Positions 1 through 5,604 of a stretch of DNA of 32,000 nucleotides are shown one piece after another. The stretch lies in the NCBI RefSeq assembly GCF_004102945.1, contig NZ_CP019384.1:1620001-1652000 (forward strand). Direction: 5' to 3'. Every line of letters starts with the position of its first letter. Position 1 is the stretch's first letter. The notes below the pieces were generated by a model, which had not been told where the DNA came from, made no database searches, and worked only from the letters and a program-made list of their open reading frames with translations. Source of the stretch: Candidatus Velamenicoccus archaeovorus (GTDB taxonomy: Bacteria; Omnitrophota; Gorgyraeia; Velamenicoccales; Velamenicoccaceae). Position numbers and translations under genes: made by a program.

Positions 1-195
1 CGCCAGCTCTCCCTCAGGCAAAGTCCTGCGTTCTTTTTTCAACAAAACCTCCCTGACACAAGAGAGCTCCCGTAACTCTTTCCGACAGGAGAAACAACCA
101 GCCACATGCGTTTCAATGAAAGCCGCATCCCTCTTTGCGGCCTCCTTGTCTATGTAGCGGGACAACAATCTCCTGGTTCGTGCGCATGCATTCAT
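1..195 (-). CDS. Anti-sigma factor, zf-HC2 type, N-terminal fragment (continues past window start)
   Basis: Hand translation from ATG 195..193 gives MNACARTRRLLSRYIDKEAAKRDAAFIETHVAGCFSCRKELRELSCVREVLLKKERRTLPEGELA. It carries the H-x3-C-x2-C motif (HVAGCFSC) of zf-HC2 anti-sigma factors. ATGA overlap with the stop of the ECF sigma gene. It is not in the ORF track because it runs off the window. Confidence 0.75.
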   Translation of the reverse strand, partial: MNACARTRRLLSRYIDKEAAKRDAAFIETHVAGCFSCRKELRELSCVREVLLKKERRTLPEGELA

Positions 196-749
196 ATCAC
201 ATCTCCCCCAAATTTCATCAGTTCTTTTTTCAATAATTGCCTGGCGCGATAGATCCTCGATTCCACAGTCCCTATGCGACAAGAAAGAATCTTCGATATC
301 TCGGCATAGCTTAATCCCTCGATATCTTTGAGGACCACCGCCGACCTGTATGCCAGCGGGACTTTACCCAGCGCCTTCTGAATCAAGACATCTCTCTCTT
401 TCATCAAAAGCACAAAAAGCACATCGTTGTGGCCGCCGCGAGCGTCGACACTCTGCCCCAAAGCCTCTTCTTCCGTAACAACGTCCCTTCTTTTACGCAG
501 AAAATCGTACGTCGTATTCAACACAATGCGATAGAGCCATGTCGAAAAAGAGCAGCGTCGCCTAAAACCCTTCAGGCCGCGGTAGGCTTTCAAAAATGCC
601 TCTTGGGCGATATCTTCACTCTCCCTGTCTTTTCCAATCAGGGAAAAAACGATATTCAGGACCCTGTTCTGGTATTTCCTGACGATCGCTTCAAATGCCT
701 TCTCTTCCCCGCCGAGAAACTGTTCTATGTAAAAGGCGTCTTCTTTCAT
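192..749 (-). CDS. RNA polymerase sigma factor, ECF (sigma-70 group 4) family
   Basis: 185 aa. Region 2 (DIAQEAFLKAYRGLKGFRRRCSFSTWLYRIVLN) and region 4 HTH (LSYAEISKILSCRIGTVESRIYRAR) are typical of ECF sigma factors. GGAG lies 7 nt upstream of the ATG. Confidence 0.9.
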   Translation of the reverse strand: MKEDAFYIEQFLGGEEKAFEAIVRKYQNRVLNIVFSLIGKDRESEDIAQEAFLKAYRGLKGFRRRCSFSTWLYRIVLNTTYDFLRKRRDVVTEEEALGQSVDARGGHNDVLFVLLMKERDVLIQKALGKVPLAYRSAVVLKDIEGLSYAEISKILSCRIGTVESRIYRARQLLKKELMKFGGDVI

Positions 750-763
750 CGATTCTCCGGATA

Positions 764-793
764 TTAGACGTAAGAGAAGCGGATTTTATTCCA
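764..793 (-). promoter_or_regulatory. Possible ECF-type autoregulatory promoter (GGAAT-N17-CGTCTAA)
   Basis: The minus strand reads TGGAAT AAAATCCGCTTCTCTTA CGTCTAA about 15 nt upstream of the sigma-factor ATG. This resembles the GGAAC/CGTC class of ECF promoters. Motif resemblance only. Confidence 0.3.
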
Positions 794-821
794 GGGATTT
801 TCAGGCGCGCAGCGGACAAAC

Positions 822-852
822 AAAAAAGCCTGATAAAACATCAGGCTTTTTG
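822..852 (-). terminator. Rho-independent terminator (bidirectional hairpin)
   Basis: AAAAAGCCTGA-TAAAACA-TCAGGCTTTTT. The perfect stem AGCCTGA/TCAGGCT is flanked by an A-tract and a T-tract. On the minus strand it is followed by TTTTTTG, 29 nt after the stop of the Cys-rich ORF. Confidence 0.8.
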
Positions 853-880
853 GGAACGCTTATGCCCATCGACCGGGCGG

Positions 881-991
881 TCATTTTTTCTTACAGGTGC
901 ACTTATCAAATTCCTTGCCGCACCCTTCACACTTGCCGTTGACGATCTTCTTGCCGCACTTGCATGGGGTACAACCGCAGACTTTACACAT
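881..991 (-). CDS. Small cysteine-rich protein, 36 aa (metallothionein-like composition), unannotated in ORF track
   Basis: Hand translation: MCKVCGCTPCKCGKKIVNGKCEGCGKEFDKCTCKKK, with 9 Cys and 9 Lys. SD GGAGGTGA lies 6 nt upstream of ATG 991. A terminator follows. It is below the 60-aa track cutoff. Confidence 0.6.
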   Translation of the reverse strand: MCKVCGCTPCKCGKKIVNGKCEGCGKEFDKCTCKKK

Positions 992-1031
992 ACGTCACCT
1001 CCAGTTTGTTCCTCTCCCATCCTCAAATCTA

Positions 1032-1247
1032 TTATACCACTGACGAGATGATTTCCAAAAGAATCCGGCCGGCCGCGACCTTGTCGCCTTTCCTGATCTT
1101 GCGGCGCAGGCGGCTTTCTTTTTCGCCGTTAACGAGGATCAGGCCTTGACGAATAAGGTCTCTGGCCTCGGCGCCGCTGGCCGCGATGCCGGAAGCCTTC
1201 AAAAGATTGTCCAGTTCGATATAATCGCCGCGCAGAGCGAATTCCAT
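1032..1247 (-). CDS. S4-domain RNA-binding protein (YbcJ-like)
   Basis: 71 aa. IELDNLLKASGIAASGAEARDLIRQGLILVNGEKESRLRRKIRKGDKV matches the small S4/YbcJ family layout. Confidence 0.8.
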   Translation of the reverse strand: MEFALRGDYIELDNLLKASGIAASGAEARDLIRQGLILVNGEKESRLRRKIRKGDKVAAGRILLEIISSVV

Positions 1248-1253
1248 CAGGGG

Positions 1254-2138
1254 TCAGAGGCCGGCAAGGACTTTCAACGCATGGAGATATTTCTCGGATG
1301 TCTTTTGAATGACATCGGCGGACACATCCGGGGCCGGAGGCGTCTTGTCCCAGGAAAGCGTCTCAAGGTAATCCCTCACAAACTGCTTGTCAAAGCTGGG
1401 CTGGGGGCGGCCCGGCGCATAGCCTTCTTGCGGCCAAAAACGGGAAGAATCCGGCGTCAAGACCTCATCGATCAGGATGAGCTTGCCGCCATATCCGCCG
1501 AATTCAAACTTGGTGTCGGCAATAATGATCCCCTTTGTCTGGGCGTAAGCGGCGGCTTTTTCGTAGAGGGCGACGGCCTTGGCGCGGACATCGGCGAGAG
1601 CTTCTTTGCCGACGATCCGGGCAGCGCCGGCCTCGTCGACGTTGATGTCATGGCCGATATCCGCCTTGGTGGAAGGCGTAAAAATGGTTTGCGGCAGCTT
1701 CTGCGACTCTTTCAATCCGGCCGGCAGCCTGATGCCGCAGACAGACTGCGTCTTCAGGTATTCTTTCCATCCGGAACCGGACAGGTAGCCGCGCACGATG
1801 CACTCGATGGCGAGAGGTTCGGCTTTTTTGACAAGCATCGATCGGCCGCGCAAGGCCTCGTGGTATTTTTTGGCCTGCGGCGGGTATGCGTTGACATCCG
1901 CCGTCAATAGATGGTTTTCGCAGATATCCCGAAGGTAATCAAACCAAAAAAGGGAGATCTTCGTCAGGACTTCTCCCTTATGAGGGATACCGCAGCCTAA
2001 GACAACGTCGAAACAGGAAATACGGTCTGTGGCGACGATCAACAGGCTGTCGCCGAGATCGTAGACATCCCGCACCTTGCCACGGCGCAAGAGCTTTAAA
2101 TCGGAAAAATTCGTCTGGAGGAGAACGTTCTCGGACAT
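1254..2138 (-). CDS. purC: Phosphoribosylaminoimidazole-succinocarboxamide (SAICAR) synthase
   Basis: 294 aa. The N-terminus [28 protein letters not shown] and ...[11 protein letters not shown] are hallmark PurC segments. Confidence 0.93.
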   Translation of the reverse strand: MSENVLLQTNFSDLKLLRRGKVRDVYDLGDSLLIVATDRISCFDVVLGCGIPHKGEVLTKISLFWFDYLRDICENHLLTADVNAYPPQAKKYHEALRGRSMLVKKAEPLAIECIVRGYLSGSGWKEYLKTQSVCGIRLPAGLKESQKLPQTIFTPSTKADIGHDINVDEAGAARIVGKEALADVRAKAVALYEKAAAYAQTKGIIIADTKFEFGGYGGKLILIDEVLTPDSSRFWPQEGYAPGRPQPSFDKQFVRDYLETLSWDKTPPAPDVSADVIQKTSEKYLHALKVLAGL

Positions 2139-2147
2139 GTATGCTAT

Positions 2148-3944
2148 CTATTCCTGAAGTCTCTTGTTCTGCGCTTCCCACTCGGCCCAGAGCTCCCGCG
2201 GAAGCCTATCCCCAAAAGTTTTCAAGAATTCCCTCTGGCTTTCCATCTCCTGAAGCCATTCAAAACGGTCGATCTCCAGGACCTTCTGCAGGGCATCCCT
2301 GGAAATATTCAGCCCCGTCAGGTCCAGGTCTTGCAGCCTGGGGACATATCCGGCAGGCGTCTTGACCGCCTCAACCCTGTTGTTGCAACGGTCAAGGATC
2401 CATTCCAGGATGCGCAGATTTTCGCTATAGCCCGGCCATAAGAACTTGCCGTGTTCATCAAGACGAAACCAATTGACATGGAAGATTTTCGGCTGTTTTT
2501 CCATTTTTTTGCCCATCGCAAGCCAATGCTTGAAATAATCACCCATGTGATAGCCGCAGAAAGGCAACATAGCCATAGGATCACGACGAACCTCGCCCAC
2601 CGTGCCCATCTGGGCGGCAGTGCGCTCGGACGCCATGGTGGAGCCGACATAGACGCCGTGTTGCCAGCTGAACGCCTCATACACCAAAGGCGCCAAGTGC
2701 GCACGGCGGCCGCCGAAAACAATAGCGGAAATAGGCACGCCATGATGGTGTTCCAGGCGGAAAGATATCGAGGGGCACTGGGATGCCGGCGCGGTGAAGC
2801 GGCTGTTCGGATGGGCGCCTTTGATGATCTTGCCATGCTCATCTTTCATGCCTGGCCGCCACGGCTGGCCCCGCCAATCCATGCCTTCCGGCGGAGGCGG
2901 CTCATTGCCGTCTTCCCACCACACTGTAAAATCTTTTTTCAGGAGGACATTGGTAAAGATCGTATTCTTCCTGATCGTCGCCATGGCGTTCGGATTGCTC
3001 TTGGAGTTTGTCCCTGGCGCCACGCCGAAGAATCCGGCCTCCGGGTTAACCGCCCAGAGGGCTCCGTCGGAATCGATCCGCATCCAGGCGATGTCGTCGC
3101 CCACGGTCCAAATCTTATACCCCTTGCTCTTCAAACCTTCGGGAGGAATGAGCATGGCGAGGTTCGTCTTGCCGCAGGCGCTGGGAAACGCGGCGGCGAT
3201 ATATTCCACATGACCATTGGGCTCCTCGATGCCCATGATCAGCATATGCTCAGCCATCCAGCCTTCCCGCAGCCCCATATAACTGGCGATACGCAGCGAG
3301 AGGCATTTCTTGCCCAAAAGAACGTTGCCGCCATATCCCGATCCGACGCTCCAGATAGCGTTATCTTCCGGAAAGTGGAGGATCAATCTTTTGCCGATAT
3401 CAAGGTCTGCCTTGGAATGAAGACATTTGGTGAATTCGCCGTCGGCGCCAAGGAAATCCAGCACCTTCTGACCAATACGCGTCATGATGCGCATATTCAG
3501 GACGACATAGATGCTATCCGTCAACTCAACGCCAATCTTGCTGAAAGGGGAACCCACAGGCCCCATGGAGAACGGGACCACATACATCGTGCGTCCCTTC
3601 ATGGCCCCCCTGAAATAATCCGAGGCCTTGCGGTAAGCATCGCGGGGAGACATCCAGTTATTCGTAGGACCGGCGTCTTCTTTTTTCTTTGTGCAGATAA
3701 AGGTGAGATGTTCCGTGCGGGCGACATCGTTCGCAGCCGTGCGGTGATACAAACAGCCGGGGAGCTTTTCCTGATTCAGCCGGATGATCTCACCGGTGGC
3801 CACAGCCTCGTCTTCAAGACGCCTCTTCTCCTCTTCTGAGCCGTCGATCCAGACGATGCGGTCGGGCCGGCACAAAGATGCCATCTCTGAAACCCAAGTC
3901 TTGAGCCTCGCATGCTTAGTAGGAGGTTGATTTTTATCGGGCAT
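2148..3944 (-). CDS. pckG: Phosphoenolpyruvate carboxykinase (GTP)
   Basis: 598 aa. Kinase-1a loop FPSACGKTNLAML, GDDIAWMR and the overall length are typical of GTP-dependent PEPCK. Confidence 0.93.
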   Translation of the reverse strand: MPDKNQPPTKHARLKTWVSEMASLCRPDRIVWIDGSEEEKRRLEDEAVATGEIIRLNQEKLPGCLYHRTAANDVARTEHLTFICTKKKEDAGPTNNWMSPRDAYRKASDYFRGAMKGRTMYVVPFSMGPVGSPFSKIGVELTDSIYVVLNMRIMTRIGQKVLDFLGADGEFTKCLHSKADLDIGKRLILHFPEDNAIWSVGSGYGGNVLLGKKCLSLRIASYMGLREGWMAEHMLIMGIEEPNGHVEYIAAAFPSACGKTNLAMLIPPEGLKSKGYKIWTVGDDIAWMRIDSDGALWAVNPEAGFFGVAPGTNSKSNPNAMATIRKNTIFTNVLLKKDFTVWWEDGNEPPPPEGMDWRGQPWRPGMKDEHGKIIKGAHPNSRFTAPASQCPSISFRLEHHHGVPISAIVFGGRRAHLAPLVYEAFSWQHGVYVGSTMASERTAAQMGTVGEVRRDPMAMLPFCGYHMGDYFKHWLAMGKKMEKQPKIFHVNWFRLDEHGKFLWPGYSENLRILEWILDRCNNRVEAVKTPAGYVPRLQDLDLTGLNISRDALQKVLEIDRFEWLQEMESQREFLKTFGDRLPRELWAEWEAQNKRLQE

Positions 3945-3956
3945 ATGTTCGTTGGT

Positions 3957-4439
3957 TTATTGAGGATCCCGGGAAACCGTCAAGGCCGCCTTGAGCGCCG
4001 CCCAGGTTTTTGGCCCGACCTTGCCGTCGGCCACAAGACCGTTTTTCTGCTGAAACTCCCGGATGGCCGCTTTCGTCTTGGGACCGATCTTGCCGTCGAT
4101 CTCACCTTGGTAAAACCCGAGGTCCTTCAGGGCCGTCTGGATCCCCTTCTCGTCCGGCGTCTCCCCCAAAACGACGGCTGAAGGTCTTGCTTCTTCCAAA
4201 ACGGGGGCATCCGCGGGAACAGGAACATCCACAGCCACCTGTGTCTGTGCCTGCTGGCCGTTATCCACGATCTCTACGGCCTCATCGCGCGATCCCGAAA
4301 GAAGATTATCCGCCTCGCTTAAATTCAGGACGCCTTCTTCAACGGCAAATTTCTGTTTTTTATTGCTGTCTTTGCCGCATCCTGACACGGCAAAGCCAAA
4401 AATCACAAAGATGGCACACGCAAAACGCAAAGAGAACAT
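3957..4439 (-). CDS. Lipoprotein with C-terminal peptidoglycan-binding (PG_binding_1) domain
   Basis: 160 aa. Lipobox FAVSGC. The C-terminus LGFYQGEIDGKIGPKTKAAIREFQQKNGLVADGKVGPKTWAAL is the PG_binding_1 repeat pattern. Confidence 0.8.
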   Translation of the reverse strand: MFSLRFACAIFVIFGFAVSGCGKDSNKKQKFAVEEGVLNLSEADNLLSGSRDEAVEIVDNGQQAQTQVAVDVPVPADAPVLEEARPSAVVLGETPDEKGIQTALKDLGFYQGEIDGKIGPKTKAAIREFQQKNGLVADGKVGPKTWAALKAALTVSRDPQ

Positions 4440-4445
4440 TTTTTT

Positions 4446-4473
4446 ATCTTGCCTTTCTGATCTTGCCTTTCTG
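4446..4473. repeat. Perfect 14-bp tandem duplication (ATCTTGCCTTTCTG x2)
   Basis: Read directly at 4446..4459 and 4460..4473, 7 nt upstream of the start codon at 4439. On the minus strand each unit contains GAAAGG. Confidence 0.9.
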
Positions 4474-4500
4474 AAAAGGATAGCCCATCAAGCCATCCTA

Positions 4501-4887
4501 TTATGGAAGATATTTCAAAAGTTTTTCTTTCGTATTTTTACCGGCGATGCCGTCGGCTTTAAGACCCAAATCTTTCTGGAATTGCTTGATCGCGGCGGTG
4601 GTCTTCGGCCCGATCTTGCCGTCAATCTTGCCATCATAATAACCGGCGTTCTTCAGGGCCTGCTGAATCTGCTTCTTCGTCATCGTTGCCGCCGTCGCCC
4701 CTGAAGACTCTTTCTCGAAAGAAACCGGCGCCTCGGACGTCATCACTGGCCCTTCCAACGTCTGGACTTTGCTTTCAAGAACCTGCACGCGGTTTTCCAG
4801 CGAAGCGGAACCCGACTTGGTCGTAGCGCATCCGGCTACGGTCAATGCCGCCGCCAACACCCCAACCCCCATCCACATCCTGTTCAT
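4501..4887 (-). CDS. Lipoprotein with C-terminal peptidoglycan-binding (PG_binding_1) domain (paralogue of 3957..4439)
   Basis: Lipobox LTVAGC. C-terminus AGYYDGKIDGKIGPKTTAAIKQFQKDLGLKADGIAGKNT. I place the start at ATG 4887 (MNRMWMGV...), preceded by AAGGAG 7 nt upstream. The track start at 4929 reads into the repeat element. Confidence 0.8.
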   Translation of the reverse strand: MNRMWMGVGVLAAALTVAGCATTKSGSASLENRVQVLESKVQTLEGPVMTSEAPVSFEKESSGATAATMTKKQIQQALKNAGYYDGKIDGKIGPKTTAAIKQFQKDLGLKADGIAGKNTKEKLLKYLP

Positions 4888-4894
4888 AAGAACC

Positions 4895-5054
4895 CTCCTT
4901 AATTCCGCCTCTGGCGGGATTAACTCCACGTGTATCTCGAGAATTTATGACTGCCCGTCCGAACTCTGTGAGGACTGGTCGCAGACATAAATTGTCGAGA
5001 TGCTTACACGGGGAGTAACGTTTATTTCCTTGATTCTTCCGCCTCTGGCGGAAT
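4895..5054 (-). repeat. Structured intergenic element, family 2, copy 1 (two short hairpins flanking a roughly 90-nt imperfect hairpin; ends in the SD of the downstream gene)
   Basis: About 90% identical to 25786..25946. Long arms 4924..4954 and 4981..5015. Flanking hairpins TTCCGCC-TCT-GGCGG. The minus-strand end reads GGCGGAATTAAGGAG followed by the ATG. Confidence 0.85.
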
Positions 5055-5168
5055 CATTCCTTTTACTTTGCTTTGTGCCATCAATGTCACAACCCGCCAC
5101 GGGCGCACGTCTTATGACATTGAGAAGCGGTTAAGCAGAAAACCTTTGTATTTTTAAAGATTTGAGCC

Positions 5169-5196
5169 AATATATCACAACAGGACTAAAAGTCAA
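5169..5196 (-). promoter_or_regulatory. Sigma-70-type promoter with extended -10 (TTGACT-N16-TGaTATATT)
   Basis: The minus strand reads TTGACT TTTAGTCCTGTTGTGA TATATT. It would give a roughly 270-nt leader containing the family-2 element ahead of ATG 4887. Confidence 0.45.
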
Positions 5197-5410
5197 CCCT
5201 TCGTTGTCCTTGCCCTAAAAAGCGGGGCTTGCCTCAGGGTTGACACTCAAGACGGCGGATACATTACTTTCGCCTTAAAAGGCGAGGATTGACCGCCGGC
5301 GAATGCGTCAAATATCTTTGCAAAAACACGGCATTCCGGCCCCCAGGGCCCCGGTGGATCGCGAAACAGAAAAATGCCTGCCTGGAAGCCTGCTACGAAA
5401 TCACCTGGAG

Positions 5411-5557
5411 CCCCACGGGCCTGCCCTAGGCAAAGCCAGGGCGAGCCCGTGGGGCGACGTCCTGCTCCGCCATGGTTTTGTCTGCAAGACAAAACCAATC
5501 CACGAGCTGGGCCTCGCCTGCCCAAGCGGGCAGGGAATTCTGGAAAACGGGATTAAT
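5411..5557 (-). repeat. GC-rich multi-hairpin intergenic repeat, family 1, copy A
   Basis: The core 5447..5557 aligns with 10962..11072: ccgtgggg.gacgtcc..g..ccgccatggttttgtctgcaagacaaa.ccaatccacg.gc....gcctcgcc.gc.caagcgggcagggaattc.gg.....gggattaat. Hairpins: GGTTTTGTC/GACAAAACC, CCTGCCC/GGGCAGG, CCCCACGGGC/GCCCGTGGGG. Confidence 0.85.
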
Positions 5558-5586
5558 TTGTTTAAGGAAACAGGCGACGATGGAAG
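5552..5586. repeat. 35-nt perfect direct repeat, copy 1 (duplicate of the 3' coding end of the 806-aa gene)
   Basis: attaatttgtttaaggaaacaggcgacgatggaag occurs at 5552..5586 and again at 5623..5657. Confidence 0.9.
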
Positions 5587-5604
5587 TCCTGACAAAATTA
5601 AGGA

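Noticed and set aside
841-1026. 61-aa minus-strand ORF MRMGEEQTGG....
   Set aside because: It has no SD and an unremarkable composition. It overlaps, in another frame, the 36-codon Cys-rich ORF, which has a strong SD and terminator.
2451-3839. Long plus-strand ORFs (2451..3839, 6616..7485, 15567..16640, 18109..19044, 21002..22270, 24090..25572, 25891..26940, 31059..31934 and others).
   Set aside because: Each lies antisense to a minus-strand gene with clear family motifs. Their translations are Arg/Ala/Gly/Pro-rich with no recognisable motifs. They are typical shadow ORFs of GC-rich coding sequence.
4888-4929. Track start MELIPPEAELRRVL for ORF 4501..4929.
   Set aside because: These codons are the terminal hairpin and SD of the family-2 repeat. 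The same sequence precedes the hydrogenase gamma gene, where it is non-coding. ATG 4887 follows AAGGAG at the correct spacing.
4769-4990. Conserved plus-strand peptide LLNSASGGINSTCISRIYDCPSELCEDWSQT, shared with ORF 25636..25881.
   Set aside because: The conservation is due to the family-2 repeat. Of the nucleotide differences I counted between the copies in this stretch, most change the amino acid and none shows a synonymous bias. Several are paired compensatory changes in a hairpin. Neither copy has its own start codon or SD.
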